64,000 nucleotides of DNA from an uncultured Clostridium sp. (GTDB lineage Bacteria > Bacillota > Clostridia > TANB77 > CAG-508): contig CAMMWP010000002.1 in assembly GCA_946500615.1 (NCBI GenBank), positions 109,124 through 173,123 on the forward strand, in the 5' to 3' direction. Positions 28,202 to 38,309 of the stretch are shown here, one piece after another. Every line of letters starts with the position of its first letter. Within the stretch, counting starts at the first letter, position 1. The notes beneath the pieces were generated by a model. The model ran no database searches. It saw only the letters and a list, made by a program, of their open reading frames with translations, and was not told the origin of the DNA. The position numbers and the translations under genes were made by a program.

Positions 28202-28504
28202 TTATTGAGCTCCCTCCTCTCTCATTTCAATAGCACCGAAAGGGCATACTTTGGCACAAACACCACAACCTTTACAGTAATCATAATTGAAATCTTTTCT
28301 TTTTAAATCTTCTTTTCCTACTGGAATAGCATTTTCTGGACAAACAGGGAAGCATAATCCACATTGTTTACATTTGTCAGACAAAAATACAGGATAAGAA
28401 CTTCTCCAGTCGCCTGTCTTAAATTCTTTTGCATTTCCAGCTGTATAAATATCACCACCCGGAGTTAATTTCTCCATAGGTGTATTGGCATTGATATCTG
28501 TCAT
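28202..28504 (-). CDS. 2-oxoacid:ferredoxin oxidoreductase, delta (4Fe-4S ferredoxin-type) subunit
   Basis: CKQCGLCFPVCP and CKGCGVCAKVCP. ATG 28504 with SD AGGAGG 8 nt upstream is preferred over the track start 28534. Confidence 0.85.
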   Translation of the reverse strand: MTDINANTPMEKLTPGGDIYTAGNAKEFKTGDWRSSYPVFLSDKCKQCGLCFPVCPENAIPVGKEDLKRKDFNYDYCKGCGVCAKVCPFGAIEMREEGAQ

Positions 28505-28517
28505 TATTAAATCCTCC

Positions 28518-29099
28518 TTATTGAATTTTTTCAACTTCTTTTAAAGCTAATTCTAATGCTTTCATATTTCCATCTATAACTTCGGGTTTTTTTGCAAATT
28601 TATGTTTAAAAGAACCTTTCATATCTTCTAATAATTCATCATCAGTCATAATTTTACTTACTTTTACAATTGCAGCTAGCATAGGGGTATTTGGAAAATA
28701 TTTTCCCAAAGCTTCTTCTGAAATTTTTCTAGCGTCAATTGTGTAAATTTCTCCAGAATATCCTTTTAATGCTTTTTTTAAATAATCAGCAGATTTTGTT
28801 GTATTAATAACAATTGCTCCAGTTTCTTTTAAACCAGAAGTAACATCAACTGATTCTAAAAGTGTATCATCTACAACAACTACATAATCAGGTTCATAAA
28901 TATTACTGTGAATTGTGATAGGTGTTTCACTGATTCTGTTATAAGCAGTGATAGGGGCACCCATTCTTTCAGGTCCATATTCAGGAAATCCTTGAATATA
29001 TTTGCCAGTATTAAAAGCCGCGTCAGCTAATAATAAAGATGCTGTTTTGGCACCTTGACCACCTCTACCATGCCATCTAATTTCTATCATGTTATCCAT
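28518..29099 (-). CDS. 2-oxoacid:ferredoxin oxidoreductase, gamma subunit
   Basis: IRWHGRGGQGAKTAS motif. ATG 29099 is 10 nt from AGGAGG; the track TTG 29105 is only 4 nt away. Confidence 0.85.
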   Translation of the reverse strand: MDNMIEIRWHGRGGQGAKTASLLLADAAFNTGKYIQGFPEYGPERMGAPITAYNRISETPITIHSNIYEPDYVVVVDDTLLESVDVTSGLKETGAIVINTTKSADYLKKALKGYSGEIYTIDARKISEEALGKYFPNTPMLAAIVKVSKIMTDDELLEDMKGSFKHKFAKKPEVIDGNMKALELALKEVEKIQ

Positions 29100-29170
29100 T
29101 CTCAAATTGCCTCCTTTTTATTAAAATTTTACGACTTTAGTATATGCCTAAATGGATCTAATGTCAATAC

Positions 29171-29215
29171 GGGACAGGCCAAAATGGACAAAAATTGGTT
29201 AAAAGGAACAGACCT
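29171..29215 (+). repeat. Family D GGGAC-rich unit, copy D4
   Basis: GGGACAGGCCAAAATGGACAAAAATTGGTTAAAAGGAACAGACCT aligns with the copies at 48268, 48669 and 48787 (inverted). Confidence 0.6.
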
Positions 29216-29323
29216 GCTGGGGGACTAGACATATATAATATAAAGCCATTCACGATTTTGTATAAGCTAAATTTTTCGTAGAACTTGCACAAAAAAATAT
29301 GAGCCTCTTTCATTAAAAATGAA

Positions 29324-29514
29324 ATCTGAGGGGATCTATATGGTATATTTTTAAGGTTCTCGGCTACCCTCCAATTGCCGTTTAAGAAATTCTAATATCT
29401 AAATCGTAACGATACCCGAAAACAGGACCCTTTACGACTTATATATAAGAATTTCTAAAACAATTCCGGTCGCATTCAAACTCTTAAAAATATACCATAT
29501 AGATCCCCTCAGAT
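29324..29514 (+). repeat. Family B long-hairpin element, copy B2 (32-nt perfect arms, 127-nt core)
   Basis: Arms 29324-29355 and 29483-29514 are perfectly complementary but differ in sequence from the B1 arms. The core is homologous to B1. Confidence 0.85.
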
Positions 29515-29643
29515 GAGAAAAGCTGAATGGTAACACTTGGTACATATCTAATAAAGATTTTTTACAAATTACTTGTATAATAAAGATAATTATGATATAA
29601 ATATAGTATAAAAATAAAGCTAAGGAAGAAAGGCGGAATTTTT

Positions 29644-30378
29644 GTGGAAGAAGAAATAAATCAAGAGCAAAAAACAATTTTAATCGTTGACGATGAACAA
29701 CCAATCAGAGAAATATTGGTTTATAACTTAGAAAAAGAAGGATATAACACTATAGAAGCAAGTGATGGAATTACAGCTTTAAATATAGCATTGGAACAAT
29801 ATCCCGATTTAATTCTATTAGATATTATGCTTCCAAAAATGGATGGGTTATCTGTATGTAAAAGGATAAAAAATTCATATAATGTACCAATTTTAATGTT
29901 AACAGCAAAAGATGGTGAAATTGATAAAATATTAGGACTAGAATTGGGAGCAGATGACTATATAACAAAACCATTTAGTGTAAGAGAATTGATAGCAAGA
30001 GTCAAAGCCAATTTAAGAAAAGTAGAAAATATTTCTATGCCTAGAGTAGAAAATGATTATACTAAGAAAAAAGAGAATAAAATAACTGTTAATGATTTGG
30101 AATTAGATTTAGATAAATTTGAAGTAAAAATTAGAGGAGAGATTATAGATTTAACTGTAAGAGAATTTGAAGTTATTAAATTTTTAGCATCACAACCGGG
30201 ACAAGTTGTAACAAGAGAAACATTATTAGAAAAAGTTTGGGGATATGAATATTATGGAGATATTAGAACCGTAGATGTAACGGTAAGAAGAATTAGAGAA
30301 AAAATTGAAAAAGATACATCTTCACCCAAAATTTTAATAACAAAAAGAGGAGTAGGGTATTATATAGCATCGAAATAA
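29644..30378 (+). CDS. OmpR/PhoB-family response regulator, no adjacent kinase
   Basis: Receiver domain (ILIVDDEQP...DLILLDIMLPKMDG...LTAK) plus winged-helix domain (RTVDVTVRRIREKIE); GTG start. Confidence 0.88.
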   Translation: MEEEINQEQKTILIVDDEQPIREILVYNLEKEGYNTIEASDGITALNIALEQYPDLILLDIMLPKMDGLSVCKRIKNSYNVPILMLTAKDGEIDKILGLELGADDYITKPFSVRELIARVKANLRKVENISMPRVENDYTKKKENKITVNDLELDLDKFEVKIRGEIIDLTVREFEVIKFLASQPGQVVTRETLLEKVWGYEYYGDIRTVDVTVRRIREKIEKDTSSPKILITKRGVGYYIASK

Positions 30379-30472
30379 AACAATGGCGGGCTTTCTTAAA
30401 CATGTTCTTTATTTATAATATTTTAAAGCCCGCGTCATTGTTCGACGCCAATTTTACGTAAATAAAATTGTT
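30377..30472 (-). repeat. Family A intergenic repeat, copy A5 (long subtype, inverted orientation)
   Basis: The reverse complement aligns with A1 and A2, including the ATGTTTAAGAAAGCCCGCC segment. Confidence 0.8.
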
Positions 30473-30524
30473 AAGGAAAACAGGAAATATCCATGTTTTC
30501 CTTTTATCTGAAAGGAATAGAAAA

Positions 30525-31577
30525 ATGGATAGAACAAAAACAAGAAAAATCATGGTAGGAAATGTACAAATCGGTGGTCAAAATAAAGTAGTCATACAGT
30601 CAATGTGTAATACAAAAACAAAAGACATAACATCCACAGTACAACAAATATTAGCATTAGAAAAAGCAGGATGTGAAATCATAAGAGTAGCAGCATTAGA
30701 TAAAGAAGATGCCAGAGCAATAAAAGAAATAAAAAAACAAATCCATATTCCTATAGTAGTGGATATACATTTCGATTATCAAATTGCCTTAGAAGCTATA
30801 CAAGCAGGGGTAGATAAAGTAAGAATTAATCCGGGAAATATTGGAAACGAAGAAAAAGTAAAAGCAGTTGTCGATAAATGTAAAGAAAACCATATTCCTA
30901 TTAGGATAGGGGTCAATGCAGGTTCTTTAGAAAAAGATTTACTAGAACAATATGGAAAGCCAACAGCAAAGGCAATGGTCGAGAGTGCAAAAAGACATAT
31001 AGAAATATTAGAAAAATTAGACTTTAAAGACTATTTAATTTCGTTAAAAGCATCAAACTTAGACTTATGTATAGAAAGTTATGAAGAAGCATCAAAAACT
31101 TTTGATTGTCCATTACATTTAGGCATTACAGAAAGCGGAACAGAATTTAGTGGAACTGTAAAATCTAGCATTGGATTAGGATATATGCTTAGAAAAGGGA
31201 TAGGAGATACCATGAGAGTGTCTCTTTCAGATGATCCAGTAAAAGAAATTAAAGTAGCAAAAGAAATATTAAAAGATTGTAATTTATTTCATAAAGTGCC
31301 TACATTAGTTGCATGTCCTACTTGTGGAAGGACACAAATAGATTTAATCCCAATGGCAAAACAAGTAGAAGAATTTTTATCTACGATAGAATCAGATATA
31401 ACAGTTGCCGTTATGGGATGTGCAGTAAATGGACCGGGAGAAGCAAGAGAGGCAGACATTGGAATTGCAGGTGGAATAAAAGAAGGATTGTTATTTAAAA
31501 AAGGAAAAATTATAAAAAAAGTACCACAAGAAAATATAGTAGAAGTCTTAAAACAAGAAATCTTAGCAATGCTCTAA
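30525..31577 (+). CDS. ispG: 4-hydroxy-3-methylbut-2-en-1-yl diphosphate synthase
   Basis: [18 protein letters not shown] start, IQSMCNT, CPTCGRT and [12 protein letters not shown] 30525 (SD AAAGGA) is preferred over the track TTG 30468, which lies inside repeat A5. Confidence 0.9.
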   Translation: MDRTKTRKIMVGNVQIGGQNKVVIQSMCNTKTKDITSTVQQILALEKAGCEIIRVAALDKEDARAIKEIKKQIHIPIVVDIHFDYQIALEAIQAGVDKVRINPGNIGNEEKVKAVVDKCKENHIPIRIGVNAGSLEKDLLEQYGKPTAKAMVESAKRHIEILEKLDFKDYLISLKASNLDLCIESYEEASKTFDCPLHLGITESGTEFSGTVKSSIGLGYMLRKGIGDTMRVSLSDDPVKEIKVAKEILKDCNLFHKVPTLVACPTCGRTQIDLIPMAKQVEEFLSTIESDITVAVMGCAVNGPGEAREADIGIAGGIKEGLLFKKGKIIKKVPQENIVEVLKQEILAML

Positions 31578-31635
31578 TCAAGAAGAATCATTTAGGTAAA
31601 TTTTAGTCAAAAAAGATAGTGAGGAAAATAAGTAT

Positions 31636-32529
31636 ATGGAATTGATAATAGGAAAAACAGCTGGTTTTTGTTATGGTGTAAAAAGAGCAGTAGAAGGGGC
31701 CAAAAAAGAATTAAAAACAAATAAAGTTGTATATGGATTAGGCGAAATTGTACATAATCAAGAAGTGGTAAAACAATTGGAAGATATGGGGATGCAATTT
31801 ATTGATGATATAAAACAAGCAAAAGGAAGTACAATTATTCGAGCACATGGAATTACAAAACAAATTTATGAAAAAGCAGAACAAAATTATATTCATTTAA
31901 TAGATTACACATGTCCGAAAGTATTAAAAATTCATGAAATAGCAGAAGAATATGCAAAAAAAGGATATTATACTTTCTTATTAGGGGATAAGAAACATCC
32001 AGAAATTATTGGTACATTAAGTTATTGCGGAAAGGATACATATATAATAGAAAAAGAAGATGATACGGTTAAAGCATTAGAAGCATTACAAAAGTCAGCA
32101 AAAAAAAAGTTGTTAGTCATTTCTCAAACCACATATAGTCTAGAAAAATTCTATATTATAGAAGAAATTATAAAAAATGAATTACCGATAAATATGGATT
32201 TAATTGTAAAAAATACTATTTGTCAAGCAACAGAAATTAGACAAAAAGAAACAGAAGAAATTTCTAAAAAAGTAGATTACATGATAATTATAGGAGGAAA
32301 AAATAGTTCTAATACAAAAAAATTATATGATATTGCAAGACAAAATTGTGGCAAGGTAATGTTTATAGAAAATGAAAAAGAATTAGACATAGACAACATA
32401 GAAGAACAGGACAAAATTGGCATTATGGCTGGAGCCTCAACGCCAGAGGAGAGTATACTAAAAGTAGTTGAAAAATTACACAAATATAACAAAGGGAAGT
32501 TAGAAGTAGGAACATTGCGTATGGTATGA
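31636..32529 (+). CDS. ispH: 4-hydroxy-3-methylbut-2-enyl diphosphate reductase
   Basis: GFCYGVKRAV, the conserved Cys positions and SSNTKKL. Confidence 0.9.
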   Translation: MELIIGKTAGFCYGVKRAVEGAKKELKTNKVVYGLGEIVHNQEVVKQLEDMGMQFIDDIKQAKGSTIIRAHGITKQIYEKAEQNYIHLIDYTCPKVLKIHEIAEEYAKKGYYTFLLGDKKHPEIIGTLSYCGKDTYIIEKEDDTVKALEALQKSAKKKLLVISQTTYSLEKFYIIEEIIKNELPINMDLIVKNTICQATEIRQKETEEISKKVDYMIIIGGKNSSNTKKLYDIARQNCGKVMFIENEKELDIDNIEEQDKIGIMAGASTPEESILKVVEKLHKYNKGKLEVGTLRMV

Positions 32530-32620
32530 AAAGTTAGCCAAGAATTAAAAAAATTTAATTGTGAAATGATTTTCCAAAGGGTTAAATGTCGAATTATGCG
32601 ATGAAAAAGAAGAAAATATG

Positions 32621-32649
32621 AAAAGAACTTGTTGACAAGTTCTTTTTTT
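32621..32649 (+). terminator. rho-independent terminator after ispH
   Basis: AAAAGAACTTG-ttgac-AAGTTCTTTTTTT. Confidence 0.7.
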
Positions 32650-32811
32650 GACAGTATACTTAACATAAATTATATAATTTTTATTCAATAGAAATTTCTA
32701 TTTGATTTTAATCAAAATGTCAAATCTGTTTTCATTTATTCCCAGATAAAATCCACAATTCATTGAAAAATATCTAAAGGAGGTTAAATTTAGTGCACTA
32801 AAAATTGTATT

Positions 32812-33441
32812 ATGAATAGAAAATTTGTTGCAAAAAGTAATTTTGTTTTAAGAAGAGTTCTAAATTCAGAAGATAATCTGGATATTTTAAAAGAATTTAT
32901 AGAAGTGATATTAGATATCAATATAAAAGAAGCTAAAATTAATCCATATCTAGAAAAAAAGAAAAATAACTTACCAGCAGAAGAAAATTTTGGTATTGCA
33001 GATTTAAGAATAAAGACAAACGAAAATGAAGAATTTAATATAGGAATACAAATGATAGATGGAGAACATATCCTAACAAAAATGTTTTTGTATTATGCAC
33101 AAATTTATAGTAACCAACTAGAATATGATGATAACCGAGAAATAGCAAAAACGATAACCATTAACATTTTAGATTTTATATTTACAAAAGAAATGAAATA
33201 TCATAGTAGAATGGTATTAAAACATGAAGAAATACAAAATACAATAGAAGATTACCTAGAAATGCATATAATAGAATTGCCTAAGTTCTCAATAAAAATA
33301 GGGAAGGAGATGAAGCTAAAAGAAGCTTGGATAAGCTATTTAAAAGGCGACAATATAGAAGAGGCAATTAAAAGAAGCAAAAAAATACAAAAATTAGAGA
33401 ATGTATTAAAAAAATATTGGAGAGAAGAAGTAATGGAATAA
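32812..33441 (+). CDS. Rpn-family / PD-(D/E)XK nuclease-like putative transposase (short, possibly truncated)
   Basis: N-terminus SNFVLRRVLNSEDNLDILKEFIEVIL and the D...IQ core (ADLRIKTNENEEFNIGIQMID) resemble the PDDEXK_2/Rpn family. No SD is within range of the ATG. Confidence 0.5.
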   Translation: MNRKFVAKSNFVLRRVLNSEDNLDILKEFIEVILDINIKEAKINPYLEKKKNNLPAEENFGIADLRIKTNENEEFNIGIQMIDGEHILTKMFLYYAQIYSNQLEYDDNREIAKTITINILDFIFTKEMKYHSRMVLKHEEIQNTIEDYLEMHIIELPKFSIKIGKEMKLKEAWISYLKGDNIEEAIKRSKKIQKLENVLKKYWREEVME

Positions 33442-33458
33442 AAGAAATGGAGAAAGTG

Positions 33459-33497
33459 AAAAGAAGAATGCACTGTTTTTGCAAGCATTCTTCTTTT
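33459..33497. terminator. bidirectional terminator between convergent genes
   Basis: AAAAGAAGAATGC / GCATTCTTCTTTT stem with A/T runs on both sides. Confidence 0.65.
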
Positions 33498-33505
33498 AAA
33501 CAAAA

Positions 33506-35855
33506 TTAATGTGCGTCTGTTAACGTTGGTTTTAAATTAACAGTAATTACCGTACCTTCTGGAACTAACTCATTTACAGAATAATCCTGTGTGGTTACAA
33601 CACCAGATCCAGAAAAACTAATATTAAGATTTTTAGACCTTAAAGCGTTTGTTGCTTGTGCCACTGTCATTCCAGATAAATCGGGAACACTAACAGAAGT
33701 ACCAACCGTATCCCCTTCTCCATATAACATCATAATAGAATTTTTGGTTAATTGAACACCCGGTTTTGGTGTTTGATCTGCAACTAAGGTAGAATTTTCA
33801 TCTCCAGAAGAAGTAACTTTACAGACAAATCCAGCATTAGAAAGAATTTTTTTAGCCTCTGTTATCGTTTTATTTCTAACCTCTGGAACAGTGATTAAAT
33901 TATCAGACGTAGTGTCATTTTCTGTTGCGTCTGAAGTAACCCCTAAATATGGTAATATTTCAGATAACATTTGTGAAACAGTAGGAGCAGCAACTTGACC
34001 ACCTTGATATCCATAATCTTTATTTTGAGGGTCATATAAGGTAAGCAATATAACAACTTGCGTGTCTTCAATTGGAGAAATAGCAACAAAAGATGAAACA
34101 TAACCATCATCTTTATTAGATTCAGTAGGTTCAGAAGTTCCAGATTTTCCTCCAATAGAATATCCCGTAACTTGAACGTTTTTTCCTGTACCTTCTAATA
34201 CAACAGATTCCATCATTGACTTTATTTGTTCTGTTGTGGATTTTGATAAGACTTGCCTAACTTTTGTAGGCTGTGTTTCTGTAACTGCACCAGTATCTGT
34301 ATTGGTAATTGATTTAATAATATTTGGTTTCATGAGAACACCATCATTAGCAACACAAGAAATAGCGGTAATCATTTGAAGTGGTGTTATTTGAAATCTT
34401 TGCCCAAAGGCATATGTAGCAAGCTCAACAGGACCAACTTCCTCTAAATTATGAAAAATACTATTTTGTTCTCCATAAAGTCCAGAATTTGTTGTTTCAA
34501 ATAATCCAAAAGCTTGATAATATTTATATAAAGTAGAGGCACCAATTCTTTGACCTAATTGGATGAATGCAGGATTACAAGAATTTTGAAGAGCCTTTCT
34601 TAGAGATTGAGAACCATGAGGATTATACTTTCTCCAACAATCAATCTTTCTATCTTCTACAACTTCATAACCGATACAAGTAAAGTCATTTTCAACATCT
34701 GGTGTGGTAATCCCTTCTTCTAATGCAGCACTTGCAGTGATAATTTTAAAAGTAGATCCCGGTTCATAACTGTCTGAGACAGACTTGTTAGCCCACATTC
34801 TATATAAAGCTTCACTTTTTTCATCATCTGACAAGGAATCATAAGTTTGTGCTAAAGTAGAATTTGGTGTATAAGGAGAATTTAAATCATAATCTGGGTA
34901 ACATGCCATTCCTAAAATATCACCAGTTTGAGGATTCATGACAATGACATTTCCGCCATCTTCACAGTCATATTTTTGAACAGCTTGCTCTAAGTATTTT
35001 TCAATAGTAGATTGAATATTAAAATCGATAGTAAGTGTAATATTACTTCCATTTTCAGCAGATATATAGGTCTCTTCAGCATTAGGAATCTCTTTTTGGC
35101 TACTATCTTGTGCACTTACAATTTTTCCGTGGAGTACCGGTCAAAACAGAATCCCATTTAGATTCAATTCCACTTAATCCTTGATTATCGCTTCCACAAA
35201 ATCCAATGACACTAGAAGCAAGTTCTCCATAAGGGTAATATCGTTTATTATCTTCATCAATATTGATTCCAATGGAAATTTTATTTTCTTTCATCCAAGC
35301 TTTTAGTTCATCTACTTTTTCCTGTTCCACTTTTTTAATAATGGTTTCTACTTGTGCAGTACTGTTTACTTTTTCAAGTGTTTCATTATAGTCTAATGCA
35401 AAAATATCGGAAAGACCTTTGGCAACAGTTTCTTTTAATTCCTTTGTTTTTTCATCTGAATCATTTACCTTTATTTTTGTAGGGTTAATGGTAATGGTAT
35501 CTACTTGTGCACTAATGGCTAAGGCTTCCCCAGTAGAAGCATAGATATTTCCTCTTTTAGGACTAAGAATTTGGTTAATGGATTGTTGTTGGTACGCAAG
35601 TTCAGTTAGATAGGCACCATCAACAAATTGTAGATAACCAATTCTTCCTAAAAGTAAAATAAAGATAATGATAATAACAATAAAAGTATTACGTAATTTT
35701 GGTGTATAAATTAAATTTTTAGAATCAAATTTACGATTTAGATGAATGATATTAGAATCTGGTTCTTTCTTTATTTTTTCATGTTTTTTACTAGAGGTAT
35801 GGATAGATTGTTTATGCATTTGATTATTTTTTTTATCTTTTTTATTTGTACTCAT
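33506..35855 (-). pseudogene. class B penicillin-binding protein with two PASTA domains (PBP2B-like), split by a 1-nt frameshift near 35128
   Basis: N-terminal part (ATG 35855, TM, dimerisation domain) stops at 35103. The +1 frame continues GKIVSAQDSSQKEIPNAEETYISAENG... into the transpeptidase ORF (STFK, SCN, KSGT, 2x PASTA). Confidence 0.85.
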
Positions 35856-36020
35856 AAATTCGCCTCTTTTGTTAAAAATTTGCAATTATATTGTATATTA
35901 AATATCCACAAAAAGCAACAGAGACACAAAAATTTCACAATAAAAGATAACAAAAACGATATTGAAAAAAATCATAATATACAATATAATATAACCATAA
36001 AAAATGAAAGGAATAAAAAC

Positions 36021-36911
36021 ATGAATCATATTTTAGAAGATACCCAATGTATTATGAAAAAATACAAAATTAAGGCCAATAAATCACTGGGGCAAAACTT
36101 TTTAATAAGCCAAGAGGTAATTGACAAAATTATAGAAAGTAGTCAAATACATAAAACAGATTTGGTTATTGAAATAGGACCCGGATTAGGAACACTTACG
36201 AAAGAATTATTAGAAAGAGCAGGAAAAGTAATTTGTATAGAATTGGACAAAAAGATGATAAAAATATTAACAGATAGATTTTCATTATATAAAAATTTTG
36301 AAGTTATTCATGAAGATGTCTTAAAAATTCATTTAAATAAAATAATTAAAGAAGAAAAAGAAAAAAATGGATTTCAATCTGTGAAAGTGGTGGCCAATTT
36401 ACCATATTATATTACAACCCCTATTATCATGAAATTATTGGAAGAACGATTAGATTTAGAGAGCATCACAGTTATGATTCAAAAAGAGGTAGCAGACAGA
36501 TTGATTGCAATACCCGGCAAGAAAGAAACGGGTGCCATTACATATACAGTATTCTATTATGCAACAGCAGAAGGTGTTTTAGAAGTTCCAAACAATTCTT
36601 TTATACCAGAGCCAGAAGTGACATCAAAAGTGATTAAATTGACATTAAGAAAAGATCCACCAGTAGAAGTAAAAAGTAGAGGTGTTATGTTTAAAATTAT
36701 AAAAAGTGCATTTATGCAAAGAAGAAAAACTTTACTAAATGCATTAACAAATACAAAAGTATTTATGAGCAAAGAAGAGGGAATTCAAATTTTAAAAGAA
36801 TTACATTTAGATGAAAATGTAAGAGCAGAAAAATTGACTCTAGAGAATTTTGCAGAGATAACAAATAAAATATTAATAGATGATAAGATACAGAAAAATC
36901 AAGACAGTTGA
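36021..36911 (+). CDS. rsmA: 16S rRNA (adenine1518/1519-N6)-dimethyltransferase
   Basis: LGQNFL, EIGPGLGTLT and ANLPYYITTPI. ATG 36021 is preferred; the track start 35742 overlaps the divergent PBP gene. Confidence 0.9.
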   Translation: MNHILEDTQCIMKKYKIKANKSLGQNFLISQEVIDKIIESSQIHKTDLVIEIGPGLGTLTKELLERAGKVICIELDKKMIKILTDRFSLYKNFEVIHEDVLKIHLNKIIKEEKEKNGFQSVKVVANLPYYITTPIIMKLLEERLDLESITVMIQKEVADRLIAIPGKKETGAITYTVFYYATAEGVLEVPNNSFIPEPEVTSKVIKLTLRKDPPVEVKSRGVMFKIIKSAFMQRRKTLLNALTNTKVFMSKEEGIQILKELHLDENVRAEKLTLENFAEITNKILIDDKIQKNQDS

Positions 36912-36966
36912 AATATATTATAGGTAGTTTTGATAAAATTAAGAAAAATACAAAATTGGAGGAAAC

Positions 36967-37485
36967 ATGGAGAAAAGAGACTTAGTAGATAAAAACAGAA
37001 AGTTTATTGGAGAAATATCAACAGCAGGAAGTAACATACAAGAAGGAAAATATATACAAGTAGTCATTATTTGTATTCAAAATCATAAGAACGAATTTTT
37101 AATACAAAAAAGAGCAAAAAAGAAAAATGGAAAATGGGCTTTAACAGGTGGACATGTTATTTCGAAAGAGGAAAATGTGTTGGCAATATTAAGAGAAACA
37201 CAAGAAGAATTAGGACTAACCCTACAGGAAAGGGAAGTAGAATTGGTATTTTCTAAAAGAGCATATGATTGTTTTGTAGATGTATATTATACTAAAAAAG
37301 AAGTGGAACCAGAAAACTTAACTTTAGAACCAAGAGAAGTGGAAAAAGTAGAATGGATGAGTTTAGAAAAAATAATATCTTTAAGAGAAAATGGTATCTT
37401 TTTAGAAGAGCATTATGATTGTTTGCAAGAATGTCTATATTTTTTAAATAAAATAAAAGAAGGAGAACAAAAATGTATAAACTAG
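36967..37485 (+). CDS. NUDIX hydrolase
   Basis: Nudix box GGHVISKEENVLAILRETQEELGL. Confidence 0.8.
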   Translation: MEKRDLVDKNRKFIGEISTAGSNIQEGKYIQVVIICIQNHKNEFLIQKRAKKKNGKWALTGGHVISKEENVLAILRETQEELGLTLQEREVELVFSKRAYDCFVDVYYTKKEVEPENLTLEPREVEKVEWMSLEKIISLRENGIFLEEHYDCLQECLYFLNKIKEGEQKCIN

Positions 37486-38309
37486 TAGCCATAGATTTAG
37501 ATGGAACATTGGTAACAGATGAGAAAGAATTAACGAAAAAAACGATAGAAGTGATTAAAGAAGCATCAAAAAAAGGTGTTAAAATTATGATTTCAAGTGG
37601 AAGATCATTTTATCGATTAGAAAAATTTATAGATGCATTAGATTTACGACAAGAAAATCAATGTACAATATGTTTTAATGGTGCAATAATTGTAGAGAAT
37701 ATGACAAAAGAAGTGATATATTCAAAAAATTTAGATGGAAAAGAAGTAGAAGAATTAATTGAATTAGGAAAGACATTAGAGTTACCAATTATGATATATG
37801 CTAGAGATATACAATATGTAGAAAAAGTGCCAGAAGTTGTTCAAAAAAATAAAAAAAATTTAAAAGGCATGCATTTAGAGGTGGTGAATTTTAAAAAACT
37901 AGATTTTACGAAAGAACAACACTATATTTATAAAATATGCTTTATCGATAAACCAGAAGTTATTATAGAAAAAAGAAAACAAATTCCCCAAAAATTGTTA
38001 GAAAAATATGAGATGACTAGCAGCGTTCCTGAATATTTAGAAATTGTGAAAAAAGGGATTAAGAAATCAGAAGCGATAAAATTTGTTATGCAACAGTATG
38101 ATATAAAACAAGAAGAGGTAATGACAATTGGGGATGGAGAAAATGATGTGGAGATGTTACATTTTGCAGGTCTAGGGATAGCAATGGAGAATGCAACAGA
38201 TGATGTGAAAAGTTTTGCAAATGATGTAACAACTTCTAATAATCAAGATGGAGTGGCTAATGCGATTGAAAAATATATTTTGAAAGGGGAAGTATATGTT
38301 AGCAAGTAA
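37473..38309 (+). CDS. Cof-type HAD-IIB phosphatase
   Basis: DLDGTL, SGR and GDGENDVEM motifs. Confidence 0.82.
   Translation: MYKLVAIDLDGTLVTDEKELTKKTIEVIKEASKKGVKIMISSGRSFYRLEKFIDALDLRQENQCTICFNGAIIVENMTKEVIYSKNLDGKEVEELIELGKTLELPIMIYARDIQYVEKVPEVVQKNKKNLKGMHLEVVNFKKLDFTKEQHYIYKICFIDKPEVIIEKRKQIPQKLLEKYEMTSSVPEYLEIVKKGIKKSEAIKFVMQQYDIKQEEVMTIGDGENDVEMLHFAGLGIAMENATDDVKSFANDVTTSNNQDGVANAIEKYILKGEVYVSK

Noticed and set aside
31313-31498. 61-aa ORF inside ispG on the same strand in another frame
   Set aside because: It is fully nested in the well-supported ispG frame. Its R/K/W-rich composition is typical of an out-of-frame reading.
35742-36020. N-terminal 93-codon extension of rsmA in the track. 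Similar 5' extensions occur for ispG (30468), ftsA (42859), rnr (55554), secG (55231) and mraZ (10393)
   Set aside because: The extensions overlap divergent genes, terminators or repeats and encode junk. Internal starts with proper SDs reproduce the canonical N-termini of each family.
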